Positions 8,892 through 18,259 of a DNA stretch of 64,000 bases are shown here, in pieces (position 1 is the first letter of the stretch; every line of letters begins with the position of its first letter). The translations under genes and the position numbers were made by a program. Origin of the DNA: an uncultured Oscillospiraceae bacterium (GTDB lineage: Bacteria > Bacillota > Clostridia > Christensenellales > CAG-138); the NCBI GenBank assembly GCA_964636405.1, contig CAZWSI010000011.1, forward strand, positions 62-64,061. The letters run 5' to 3'. The notes under the pieces were generated by a model. The model did not search any database, was not told where the DNA came from, and saw only the letters and a list, made by a program, of their open reading frames with translations.

Positions 8892-11500
8892 TTTGTGTCG
8901 TACCAGCTCTTTCCCTGCCTGACCTCCGCCACCAGCGGCACGGACAGCGCGAGCACGCCCTCCATCGCCTCCCGCACGAGGCGCGAAACGGCCGCGGCTT
9001 CGGCCGTCGGGCAGTCCACAATCAATTCATCGTGGATTTGCAAAACCAGTCGCGCGCGGTATCCGCCCCTTTGCAGCGCCTCATGCACGCGTACCATAGC
9101 CAGCTTGATGATATCCGCCGCGCTGCCCTGTATGGGCATGTTCATGGCGACCCGCTCGCCAAAGGCGCGCGTGTTGTAATTGCCGCTGCTTAGCTCGGGA
9201 AGCGCGCGCCTGCGGTGAAAGAGCGTTTCTGCATAGCCGCGTTCCCGACCGAGCGCGACGCTCTCCTCCATATAGCGCTTTACGCCCGTATACCGCGCAA
9301 GGTAATTGTCAATATAAGAGGCCGCTTCCTTGACGGGAATGTTCAGGTTGCTCGAAAGGCCATAGCTGCTGATGCCGTATACGATGCCGAAATTTACGGC
9401 CTTGGCGGCGCTGCGCATTTCACCCGTAACCTCGACGGGCGGCACGCCGAACACCTCGGAGGCGGTCTGCGAGTGGATATCCGCGCCGGAAGCAAACGCG
9501 GCAATCATGCGCGCGTCCCCGCTGATATGCGCAAGCAGCCGAAGCTCGATTTGGGAATAGTCCGCGCCCACCAGCACATTGCCCGGGCTCGCAATAAAGG
9601 CGCGCCGAATCTCGCGCCCCAGCTCCGTGCGCACGGGGATATTCTGCAAATTGGGCTCCGTACTGGAAATACGGCCCGTCGCGGTTACGCACTGGTTAAA
9701 GCGTGTGCGCACGCGGCCGTCCGAGGGCGCGCGCGCGGAGAGAAGACCGTCTACAAAGCTGCTTTTCAGCTTGTAGAGAAAGCGATACTCGAGAATAAGC
9801 GGCACGACGGGATGCCCGTCCTTCAATCTCTCCAGCGTATCCGCATCGGTGGAATAGCCGGATTTGGTCTTCTTTTGCGCGGCAAGGCCCAGCTTGCCAA
9901 AGAGAATCTCTCCGAGCTGCTTGGGCGAAAGAATCTGAAAGCGCTCTCCCACCAGCTCGAAAATCTCGTCGCTCAGCGTTTGAATGCGCGCGCCAAATTC
10001 GTTTTGCAAATGAAGGAGCATCGCTTCGTCCACGCGGAAGCCCGTTTGCTCCATCTCGAAAAGCAGATCGGCGAGCGGCGCTTCCATGCGGCTGTAAAGC
10101 GCGCTCATATCCGCCTGCGCAAGCTCGGCGTTCATCGTGTCGCGGAGCGAAAAGAGCTGCGCGGCGTGCGCGTCGCTAGTAAAAAACCGCCGCTCTGATA
10201 GCGCGGCAAAGGAACCCGCCGGACGGATGGCGTTGATGAGATAATCGGCGATCATCGCGTCGAATACCGGGCCCGAAAGCGCGATGGACTGCCGCGACAG
10301 CACATGGCGAAGCGCTTTTGCGTCAAATACCAGCTTTTCGACCCGAACGGAGCGAATAAGCGGTGCGAGCGCGCTGAAAACGGCGGCGGGTTCGATGCAG
10401 CTTGCAAACAGATCGGCGCCCTGACGGATGCGGTATATGCGCTCCGGCGAAAAAGCAAAGCTGAGCTGCCCGTCAAAGCAGAGCGCAAGCGACTTCGCGT
10501 CCTCACCGGCCTTCGCGGCGGCAAGAAGTGCCTCCTCGGTTTCAATATCCACGCACTCCGCATCGCAAGCCGTCAATTGCGGCTCTGTCGCGGCGCTTTT
10601 ACCGGCCGGGAGCTTGGCTGCAATGCCGCGCAGCTCGAGCCGCAGCAGCTCCTCCCTCGCGCCCGCCATGGTTTCAGGCGTAAAGACGCAGTCCGCCAGC
10701 GTCTCGGAAACAGGCGCGTCCCGATCGATGGTGCCGAGCCAGAAGGAAAGCCTTGCGCTTGCCTCTCCCTCGCGCACGCGCTCTCCAAGCTTGCCTTTGA
10801 TTGCCTCCGCGTGGGCCAGCACCCCGTCCAGCGTTTCGTATTCGGCAAGCAGTTTTTGTGCGGTCTTCTCCCCCACGCCCGGAATACCGGGGATGTGATC
10901 GGAGCTGTCGCCCATGAGCGCTTTTAGATCGCGCATGCGGCCGGGCGCGAGGCCGTAATCGGCAAGCAGTTGCGCAACGTCGTACTCCACGGTTTCGGAA
11001 ATGCCTTTTTTTGTGAGCAGCACATGCGTGCTTTCGCCGACAAGCTGCAGCGCGTCGCGATCGCCCGTAACAAGCAGCGCGGAAACGCCAGCTTCCTCCG
11101 CGCGGCGGGAAAGCGTGCCAAGAATATCGTCCGCTTCGTAGCGCGGGCATTCGCACACGCGAACGCCCATGCTTTTTAACAGACTCTTGAGCAGGGGAAA
11201 CTGGGCGCGCAGCTCGTCCGGCGTTTCCTTGCGGCCCGCCTTGTAAAGCTCGTATTTTTCGTGCCGAAAGGTCGGGCCGTGCACATCGAAGGCCACGGCC
11301 AGATAATCCGGCTCGCGCGCGACAAGCTTGAGCAGCATGCTCAAAAAGCCGTGCAGCGCGCCTGTGGGCGTGCCGTCAGCCGTGGTCATGGGCGGAAGCG
11401 CGTGAAAGGCGCGATGCAGCAGGCTGTTGCCGTCGATGGCAATCAGCGTTTTCTGCGCGTGTTCGGAGGGATTGCCCTGCTTCTGTATGGGGCTGCTCAT
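8888..11500 (-). CDS. polA: DNA polymerase I
   Basis: ORF 8888..11530. 5'-nuclease N-terminus (IDGNSLLHRAFHALP) and pol motifs (QIHDELIVD, MNMPIQGSAADI, YGISSYGL). Start at ATG 11500, forming an ATGA overlap with the pdp stop. Confidence 0.95.
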   Translation of the reverse strand: MSSPIQKQGNPSEHAQKTLIAIDGNSLLHRAFHALPPMTTADGTPTGALHGFLSMLLKLVAREPDYLAVAFDVHGPTFRHEKYELYKAGRKETPDELRAQFPLLKSLLKSMGVRVCECPRYEADDILGTLSRRAEEAGVSALLVTGDRDALQLVGESTHVLLTKKGISETVEYDVAQLLADYGLAPGRMRDLKALMGDSSDHIPGIPGVGEKTAQKLLAEYETLDGVLAHAEAIKGKLGERVREGEASARLSFWLGTIDRDAPVSETLADCVFTPETMAGAREELLRLELRGIAAKLPAGKSAATEPQLTACDAECVDIETEEALLAAAKAGEDAKSLALCFDGQLSFAFSPERIYRIRQGADLFASCIEPAAVFSALAPLIRSVRVEKLVFDAKALRHVLSRQSIALSGPVFDAMIADYLINAIRPAGSFAALSERRFFTSDAHAAQLFSLRDTMNAELAQADMSALYSRMEAPLADLLFEMEQTGFRVDEAMLLHLQNEFGARIQTLSDEIFELVGERFQILSPKQLGEILFGKLGLAAQKKTKSGYSTDADTLERLKDGHPVVPLILEYRFLYKLKSSFVDGLLSARAPSDGRVRTRFNQCVTATGRISSTEPNLQNIPVRTELGREIRRAFIASPGNVLVGADYSQIELRLLAHISGDARMIAAFASGADIHSQTASEVFGVPPVEVTGEMRSAAKAVNFGIVYGISSYGLSSNLNIPVKEAASYIDNYLARYTGVKRYMEESVALGRERGYAETLFHRRRALPELSSGNYNTRAFGERVAMNMPIQGSAADIIKLAMVRVHEALQRGGYRARLVLQIHDELIVDCPTAEAAAVSRLVREAMEGVLALSVPLVAEVRQGKSWYDTK

Positions 11501-12831
11501 AACGCATCCTCCGGCCGAATCAGACCGCATACCATGGGCGGTAAAGATTCCGGCGGCTTCTCCGAAATCACGATTCCGTCATAAAAGGTTTCCACCGCCT
11601 CGTCAAGCCGGGACGCATCGTTGATGTACAGCATGCACAGCGGTGTTTTAAGGTCCACAAAATCGCCCAGGCGGCGATCCATCACAAGGCCCACCGCGTG
11701 ATCCACCGTGTCGCTTGCCACCGCGCGGCCCGCGCCCAGCATCTGCGCGGCGTTGCCGATATTCTTGGCGTGCATATCCACAATATAGCCCTCGCTGCGT
11801 GGGTAAAGCGCAAGCTTGCGCTTTACGCGGCAAAGCTCGCCGATCCTGTTGATGTCGATATAGCTCGCGTCGCCGCCCAGCTCCGCGATCATTTCCTTCA
11901 GCTTTTGCAGCGCGCGGCCAGAATCCAGGGCTTGGGAAAGCATGGCTTTCGCCTCGTTTTCGCCTGCGGCAACGCCCGAAAGCAGCAGCATCTGCGTGGC
12001 CAGCAGCATGCACACGCGGAAAAGCGGTTCGCTTTCCGGGATTCGCCCGGAGAGCAGCTCCACGGCCTCCCGCACCTCTAGCGCGTTGCCCACGGCCATG
12101 CCCAGCGGCTGGTTCATATCGGTGATCACGGCCACCACCCGGCGGCCCAGATTCGCGCCCATGCGCACCATGAGCCGTGCAAGCTCCCTCGCCTCCGCCT
12201 CGCTTTCGCAAAACGCGCCGCTGCCGGTTTTTACGTCCAGCACAATCGCGTCCGCGCCCGCTGCAAGCTTTTTGCTCATCACGCTCGAAGCGATGAGCGG
12301 AATGCTGTGCACGGTCGCGGTTACGTCGCGCAGCGCGTACATGTGCTTATCGGCCGGGTCAAGATTGGCGCTTTGCCCGATCACGGCCAGTTTGTTTTCC
12401 CGCAGCATGCGCTTAAACGCTTCGATGGATTGCTCCACCTTTACGCCCGGGATGGCCTCCAGCTTATCCAGCGTGCCGCCCGTGTGGCCAAGGCCCCGGC
12501 CCGACATTTTGGCCACCGTGCCGCCGCAGGCCGCCACCAGCGGCGCGACCACCAGCGTCGTCGTGTCGCCCACACCGCCCGTTGAGTGCTTATCCACCTT
12601 GACGCCGGGTATATCGCTTAAATCCACCACGTCGCCCGAATGCATCATGGCAAGCGTGAGGTCGGTCGCCTCCCGCTCGTCCATGCCGCGGCATACAACA
12701 GCCATCAGAAACGCCGCCATTTGATCGCTGGAAACGGAGCCCGCCACAAACGCATTGACCAAATATGCGATTTCCTCGCGACTCAGGGCCAGTGCGTCTA
12801 CCTTCTTCTGTATCAAATCAACCGTTCTCAT
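11497..12831 (-). CDS. pdp: Pyrimidine-nucleoside (thymidine) phosphorylase
   Basis: ORF 11497..12897. Start at ATG 12831 (MRTVDLIQKK) with AGGAGGG SD. Motifs HSTGGVGD and SGRGLGHTGGTLDKLE. Confidence 0.9.
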   Translation of the reverse strand: MRTVDLIQKKVDALALSREEIAYLVNAFVAGSVSSDQMAAFLMAVVCRGMDEREATDLTLAMMHSGDVVDLSDIPGVKVDKHSTGGVGDTTTLVVAPLVAACGGTVAKMSGRGLGHTGGTLDKLEAIPGVKVEQSIEAFKRMLRENKLAVIGQSANLDPADKHMYALRDVTATVHSIPLIASSVMSKKLAAGADAIVLDVKTGSGAFCESEAEARELARLMVRMGANLGRRVVAVITDMNQPLGMAVGNALEVREAVELLSGRIPESEPLFRVCMLLATQMLLLSGVAAGENEAKAMLSQALDSGRALQKLKEMIAELGGDASYIDINRIGELCRVKRKLALYPRSEGYIVDMHAKNIGNAAQMLGAGRAVASDTVDHAVGLVMDRRLGDFVDLKTPLCMLYINDASRLDEAVETFYDGIVISEKPPESLPPMVCGLIRPEDAL

Positions 12832-12844
12832 TGCGTATTCCCTC

Positions 12845-13918
12845 CTAGCAAATGGCGGCGCGCAGCTCCTCGAGAAGCTGGGCCGACGCACTGTCAAAAT
12901 CGAGTTCGGTATTGAGCCGGAAGCTCTTTACCAGCGGCCGTTTCATCGCGGCCGCGAGCGTTTCGTAAAGCGGCTGCTCCGGTAGGCACAGCAATACGGC
13001 GGTCGCATCGCGATAGAGGCGTTCAAAGCGGCTCAAGGCAAGCATGCGCGCGCTATCCAGGAACACAAGCCGCGCGCCGGGCTCCGCCGGCACCGCAAAG
13101 CGCATGGCACGCTCCTCCTCGGCGCTCACATGGGCGCAGTAAACCGTGCGGCAGCCGCGCGCGAGAGCGGCCTTCAGCATATGCATGCGCTCGACCGTGT
13201 CATCAGCTTCCACCACGCCCGCGTGTCCAAGCGGCAAAAGGCCGAAATAGGACTGCGGCGCATCGTCCTCGTATTCGCCAGCACAGGATATATACTTCCC
13301 GTCACAGTCGAAAAGCAACGCCTCTGTTGAGCCGCAGCCGCCGCTCGTTACCAAAACGGGGATAAAATGCGCAAAGGGATAGGCTTGCGCCAGCGTGCGC
13401 AGCAATTGCTTATAGACCACATGGGGCGAAAGGCCGAACGCGGCGTCGCACACGAGCAAAAAGCGGACGCGCAAAATGGGTGGAATGGGCGGAAACACAC
13501 GCCCGGAAAAGCGCATGGCTCCGTAAGTGGCTTCCCCGCCCGCGACCGTTCCGTCGGGAAGCGTCTCGCCCAAATACGTATAACGCGCCAGCTTTTCCAG
13601 ATAATTGCCCTGCACGACGGGGCGCTGGAGCGTAAGGAACGAGCGCGCACGCTCGTTAAGCAGCAGCTTTTGATAAAGCAGTTGGCTCTTTTTCAGGGAA
13701 TGATGGGAAAAGACTAGAGTCGAGCAAGCCTCACGGTCAAAGCGGTCGCGGCTGTTTTCAAAAAAGAACAGCCGCGCGCCGGCCATGTCCTGCGGCGCGT
13801 AGGCCGCAAAGAGAATGTTCCACAGCGCGTCGGGGGACGCGTCGTTAAGGCCGGCATGCGAAAAACGCAGCCCGACCGAGAAGCGCGAAAAAGCTACTCC
13901 TCCATCTCCGTTTGACAT
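12845..13918 (-). CDS. Hypothetical protein (only weak motif-level resemblance to the glycerate-kinase N-terminal region)
   Basis: 357-aa ORF filling the gap in a co-directional operon. No confident family. Start uncertain, because ATG 13918 overlaps the ABC-F gene by 25 nt. Confidence 0.55.
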   Translation of the reverse strand: MSNGDGGVAFSRFSVGLRFSHAGLNDASPDALWNILFAAYAPQDMAGARLFFFENSRDRFDREACSTLVFSHHSLKKSQLLYQKLLLNERARSFLTLQRPVVQGNYLEKLARYTYLGETLPDGTVAGGEATYGAMRFSGRVFPPIPPILRVRFLLVCDAAFGLSPHVVYKQLLRTLAQAYPFAHFIPVLVTSGGCGSTEALLFDCDGKYISCAGEYEDDAPQSYFGLLPLGHAGVVEADDTVERMHMLKAALARGCRTVYCAHVSAEEERAMRFAVPAEPGARLVFLDSARMLALSRFERLYRDATAVLLCLPEQPLYETLAAAMKRPLVKSFRLNTELDFDSASAQLLEELRAAIC

Positions 13919-15819
13919 CTGGATAACGCCTCCTCCGCCGCCTCCCAGACGGCCATGTATGCTTCAAGCATCTGTTTTTGCCGGCCTATACGCGCGTATA
14001 GCTCGGCCGACGCCGCATAATCGGCGGAAATGCCGGGCTCCGCCGCATCCGTTTCCAGCCGCGCGAGCTCGTCCTCGGCCTGCGACACCGCCTGCTCCGC
14101 GCGCCGGGCCTGGTTTTTCAGCCGCGAAAGCTCCGCGCGGCGTTCCTTGTTGCGTTGATACTCGTTTTTTGCGCCCGGCGCGGGCGATGGCTCCTGCGCG
14201 GCGGCCTGTTGCTCGGCAAGGACCGATTTATACGCGTCCCAATCGCCCGAGAATTCCGTTACGCCCTCCGGCCCCAATATGAGGATGCGATCCGCAACCT
14301 TATTGATGAGATATCGGTCGTGCGTGACGATGAGCATGGTGCCGCCATATTCGCAGAGCGCGTTTTCAAGCGCTTCGCAGGAGGCGATATCGAGGTGGTT
14401 GGTCGGCTCGTCCAGCATGAGGAAGTTGCTGCCGGAAAGCATAAGCTTAAGAAGCTGCACCCGCGCCTTTTCACCCCCGGAAAGCTCTCCCACGCGCTTA
14501 TAGATATCATCCCCATGAAACAGGAACAAGCCCAGCGTATTGCGCAGCGTCTGCACATCGAGCCGGGGGAAGCTGTCCCACAGATCGTCCAGCACGGTTT
14601 TTTCAGGACACATGCTGCCCAGATCCTGCGCGTAATAGCCCTTTTGCACATTCGCGCCAATGACAAAGCTGCCCTCGTCCGGCTCGAGTTGATCATTCAG
14701 AATTTTCAGCAGCGTGGTTTTTCCGCAGCCGTTGCCGCCGATGAGGCAAACGCGCTCGTTGCGGCCGATGCGCATGGTGAGCTGCGCAAAGAGCGTTTTA
14801 TTCCCGTAGCGCTTGGAAAGCGCCTTTGTAAGCAGCACGTCGTTTCCCGAACCCTCGCAGGCGCGGAAGCGGAAGCGGAGCGCCTCCGGCAGCGGCTCCG
14901 GCGCGACAAGCGTATTCTTCAGCCGGGCAATCTGCTTCTCCTTGGAGGCGATGGTCACGTAGTTGCGCGCCTGATTCCACCTGCGCTGCTGCTCGATGAT
15001 GCCCTCGATGCGCTTGATTTCGCGCTGCGTACGGCTATACTGGCGGAGCGCCGCCTCGCGCGCGTCCAGCATACGCGATACATGCGTAGAATAGTTTCCG
15101 CGCGTGCAGGTGGTCGTTCCGTTTTTGAGTTCAAGCGTCAGGTCGGTCACCCGGTCGAGAAAATACCGATCATGCGATATGACGATGAACGCGCCCCCGT
15201 AGGAAAGCAGAAAATCCTCCAGCCATTCCACGGCCGCTATATCCAGATGGTTGGTCGGCTCGTCCAAAAGCAGCAGATTTGCGGGGCTTAGCAGAATGCG
15301 CGCAAGCAGCGCCTTGCGAATTTCTCCCCCGGAAAAGAGCCGGAGCGGCTTTTCCAGCGCGTCCTCGGGAAAGCCCAGCCCAAGGAGCGCCGCTCTCGTG
15401 CGGCTGCGAAAGGTAAGCCCGCCCTCGGCCTCATATTTTTCTTGCGTCTCCGCAAGCCTGCCGGAGAGACGCAGCGCGTCGCCTGCGCCGCTGGCAAGCT
15501 GGCGTTCGAGGGAAGCAAGCAGCTTTTCCTGCTCCAACAAATGGGAAAAGGCGGAAAGCGCCGTGTCGTAGAGCCGTTCGTCGCTGCTTGCGTCCAAAGC
15601 TTGATCCAGCGACGACATGCGGCAGTCCCTCGAAAGGGAAAGCGTGCCCTCGTCGATCTCCTCCTTGCCCTGCAGCATGCGGAAAAGCGTGGTCTTCCCC
15701 GAGCCATTCACGCCAACGAAGCCCATGCGCCCATTTTCCGGCAGTTCGAAGGTGACGCCGGAAAACAGGGTGCGTTCCCCAAAGCTCTTGCCAAGGTTAT
15801 TTGCCCGTAAAATTGCCAT
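13894..15819 (-). CDS. ABC-F family ATPase (two ABC domains, no TM domain)
   Basis: Two Walker A motifs (GVNGSGKTT, GGNGCGKTT), two LSGGE signatures, inter-domain linker and C-terminal coiled coil. Confidence 0.9.
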   Translation of the reverse strand: MAILRANNLGKSFGERTLFSGVTFELPENGRMGFVGVNGSGKTTLFRMLQGKEEIDEGTLSLSRDCRMSSLDQALDASSDERLYDTALSAFSHLLEQEKLLASLERQLASGAGDALRLSGRLAETQEKYEAEGGLTFRSRTRAALLGLGFPEDALEKPLRLFSGGEIRKALLARILLSPANLLLLDEPTNHLDIAAVEWLEDFLLSYGGAFIVISHDRYFLDRVTDLTLELKNGTTTCTRGNYSTHVSRMLDAREAALRQYSRTQREIKRIEGIIEQQRRWNQARNYVTIASKEKQIARLKNTLVAPEPLPEALRFRFRACEGSGNDVLLTKALSKRYGNKTLFAQLTMRIGRNERVCLIGGNGCGKTTLLKILNDQLEPDEGSFVIGANVQKGYYAQDLGSMCPEKTVLDDLWDSFPRLDVQTLRNTLGLFLFHGDDIYKRVGELSGGEKARVQLLKLMLSGSNFLMLDEPTNHLDIASCEALENALCEYGGTMLIVTHDRYLINKVADRILILGPEGVTEFSGDWDAYKSVLAEQQAAAQEPSPAPGAKNEYQRNKERRAELSRLKNQARRAEQAVSQAEDELARLETDAAEPGISADYAASAELYARIGRQKQMLEAYMAVWEAAEEALSRCQTEMEE

Positions 15820-16012
15820 TTACACGAATCCTTTGCGCATTCTCACCTATGACTTTCCGCCCGCCCGGCAAGTCATAACATCTTACCATATTGTTCAACC
15901 GAATGCAAAATGGACGCGCGCCTTCGGACCCTGATTCCGCCAAATTCGCAAAAAGTTCAAACTCATGTATCATATGGACCTGTATACTGTAGGTAACGAA
16001 CGGAGGGCCGAT

Positions 16013-17323
16013 ATGCGCGACGATCCAAATGAAAAAAAGCTCCTGACCGACGGAAAAACGACTAAAGGCGAACGTGCGCGCCTGTTTTCCAAGCGCTGGC
16101 GCATCGCGATTCTCCTTTCCGGCTGCCTCGCGCTCATGCTGTTTTTGGTGTTGCCCGCCGTTTCTCCGCGCTTTGACGGGGTAAACGCCGTGTATGTCAG
16201 CGCCGCGCGGGCCATAGCGGAGCCCATGAGCACCGTTACCCCCCTGCCCACCTCCTTTTTGTCGGAATACGCGGGCGACGCGCCCTCCGTTACGCCCACG
16301 CCAACGCCCGGCGTATTGCTTTCTCAATACGCGCTTTTACAGCAAAACGACGATTATCCCGCCGTGCAGAAGCTTCAGCTCCGGCTTATGGAGCTGGGCT
16401 ATCTTGACGCGGACGAGCCGAGCACGCAGTATGGAGAAGCCACGGCGGTTGCCGTCTCTCTTTTCCAACGTACGCTCTCCTCGGAAATGGACGGCGTGGC
16501 CACAAGCGAGCTGCAGGAAAACCTGTTCAGCTCACAAGCCGCGCCCTACGAGATGAAGCTTGGCGACGAGGGCGCCGATGTGCGCAGCATGCAGTCGCGC
16601 TTAACCGAGCTGGGATATTTCGAGGAGAAGGAATCCGGTTTTTTCGGCGTGGCCACGGAGGACGCGGTTAAAGCGTTTCAAAAGAAGAATCAGCTCGACG
16701 CGGACGGCGTGTTTCAGGTCGATGACCGCGATTTACTCTATTCGCCGGCGGCGCGCCCCAAGATTGATCCGACCCCGACGCCCACGCCCAAGCCCACGCC
16801 AAAGCCCACAAGAAGGCCGACCGCGCAGCCGACCAGCACGCCGGGCGGCGGTGGCGGAGGCGGAGGTGAGCCGTCCACGACGGCTACGCCGGAGCCAACG
16901 GACGATTCTGGCGGCGGCGGCTCCTTTACACCAAGTTACAGCGCCGACGGCATTATTTCCGTTGCGCGCGCCCAGGAGGGCAAGCGCTACGTTTGGTCCG
17001 AGGAAGGCCCCAATACCTTCGATTGCTCCGGGCTTGTTTACTACTGTCTGCGCACCTGCGGCGTAAGCGTGAGCCGCTACAGCGCCTCCGGCTTTTCGCA
17101 GATGGACGGCTGGACAGCCATCAACAGCATATCCGATTTAAGCCGGGGCGATCTGGTGTTTTTTCGCAGCGATGACGAAAACCGGGTGAATCATACCGGC
17201 ATCTATTTGGGCGGCGATCGGTTTATCCACGCCTCCTCCAGCAAGGGCAAGGTTGTCATCAGCAGCATTTCCGGCTCGTATTGGGTGCGCAATTTCGTGA
17301 TCGGCAGACGCGTGTTCGGATGA
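16013..17323 (+). CDS. Cell-wall hydrolase: peptidoglycan-binding repeats + NlpC/P60 (C40) peptidase
   Basis: ORF 15965..17323. Start at ATG 16013 (MRDDPNEKK) with GGAGGG SD. TM anchor, three PG_binding_1-like repeats (LGYLD/LGYFE), Pro/Thr-rich and poly-Gly linker, C-terminal FDCSGLVYYC...HTGIYLG. Confidence 0.85.
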   Translation: MRDDPNEKKLLTDGKTTKGERARLFSKRWRIAILLSGCLALMLFLVLPAVSPRFDGVNAVYVSAARAIAEPMSTVTPLPTSFLSEYAGDAPSVTPTPTPGVLLSQYALLQQNDDYPAVQKLQLRLMELGYLDADEPSTQYGEATAVAVSLFQRTLSSEMDGVATSELQENLFSSQAAPYEMKLGDEGADVRSMQSRLTELGYFEEKESGFFGVATEDAVKAFQKKNQLDADGVFQVDDRDLLYSPAARPKIDPTPTPTPKPTPKPTRRPTAQPTSTPGGGGGGGGEPSTTATPEPTDDSGGGGSFTPSYSADGIISVARAQEGKRYVWSEEGPNTFDCSGLVYYCLRTCGVSVSRYSASGFSQMDGWTAINSISDLSRGDLVFFRSDDENRVNHTGIYLGGDRFIHASSSKGKVVISSISGSYWVRNFVIGRRVFG

Positions 17324-18195
17324 GATGCATGCTTTGTCCCCGGCAATGCGGCGTGGATCGGGCGCGGGAAGCGGGCTTTTGCGGTGCGGGAGACACCCCC
17401 CTTGTCGCGCGTGCCGATCTGCATTTTTTTGAAGAACCCTGCATCAGCGGCACGCGCGGATCGGGAGCCGTGTTCTTTTCCGGCTGCAATATGGATTGTG
17501 TCTTTTGCCAGAACGCCGTGCTGAAAGCCGGGCGCACGGGCAAGCCCTTTACGCCGGAGGCGCTTACAGCGCTCTATTTTTCCCTCGAAGCGCGGGGCGC
17601 GCACAATATCAATTTGGTTACGCCCGCGCCGCATCTTGCGGCGATTATCCCCTCTTTGCGCATGGCAAAGCGGGAGGGGCTCAAAATCCCCGTCGTTTAC
17701 AACACAAACGCCTACGAAACGGTGGCGGCAATCCAAAGCCTTGACGGGCTTGTGGATATCTATTTGCCCGACCTGAAATACAAGAGCGATCTGCTTTCAA
17801 CGCGTTTTTCCAATGCGGACGGCTATTTTGAAACGGCCGTCGCCGCTATTGCCGAAATGGTTCGGCAGCGCGGAAACCTCGCGCTGGACGAGAGCGGCAT
17901 AGCCGCGTCCGGCGTGCTCATCCGCCACCTGGTGCTGCCCGGCTGCGTATTCGATACGCGAGATATTCTCAAGGAGGTCGCCGCCCGCTTTTCACCCGAC
18001 ACGTATCTTTCGCTCATGCGCCAGTATGCGCCCACTGGCAACGTAACAAAACCGCCGCTCAATCGGAAGGTGACGAACAGGGAGTATGAAAACGCGCTTT
18101 CCTTTGCGCTATCTTGTGGCTTTTCAAACGTGTATATACAAGATCGTGCATCCGCAGATCTGTGCTACACGCCTGCGTTCATAAATTCTATATGA
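17320..18195 (+). CDS. Radical SAM protein (PflX / pyruvate formate-lyase-activase-like, COG1313 type)
   Basis: ORF 17281..18195. ATG 17320 forms an ATGA overlap with the upstream stop. CxxxCxxC cluster motif SGCNMDCVFCQN plus N-terminal CPRQCGVDR. Confidence 0.85.
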   Translation: MRCMLCPRQCGVDRAREAGFCGAGDTPLVARADLHFFEEPCISGTRGSGAVFFSGCNMDCVFCQNAVLKAGRTGKPFTPEALTALYFSLEARGAHNINLVTPAPHLAAIIPSLRMAKREGLKIPVVYNTNAYETVAAIQSLDGLVDIYLPDLKYKSDLLSTRFSNADGYFETAVAAIAEMVRQRGNLALDESGIAASGVLIRHLVLPGCVFDTRDILKEVAARFSPDTYLSLMRQYAPTGNVTKPPLNRKVTNREYENALSFALSCGFSNVYIQDRASADLCYTPAFINSI

Positions 18196-18224
18196 AATTG
18201 ACACAAATAGGTTGCTTTTTCGAC

Positions 18225-18253
18225 TTGCATTATCAGGATTCGGGTGTTATACT
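18225..18253 (+). promoter_or_regulatory. Predicted promoter (TTGCAT-17-TGtTATACT) inside an AT-rich island
   Basis: -35 TTGCAT at 18225-18230, 17-nt spacer, extended -10 TGTTATACT at 18245-18253. Confidence 0.45.
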
Positions 18254-18259
18254 ATGGCT

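Noticed and set aside
9134-9147. GGGCATGTTCATGG inside polA matches 13 of 14 nt of the MITE terminal repeat.
   Set aside because: It encodes the conserved Pol I motif MNMPIQG on the minus strand. It has no partner repeat and no flanking duplication, so it is a coincidental match.
7105-12897. The chain of 4-nt ATGA/GTGA and 8-nt stop-start overlaps (slt/coaE/polA/pdp, lspA/rluD, nnrD/acpS, yqeB/selD and others), considered as a possible unusual feature.
   Set aside because: This is ordinary translational coupling in compact bacterial operons and is useful only as support for start-codon choice.
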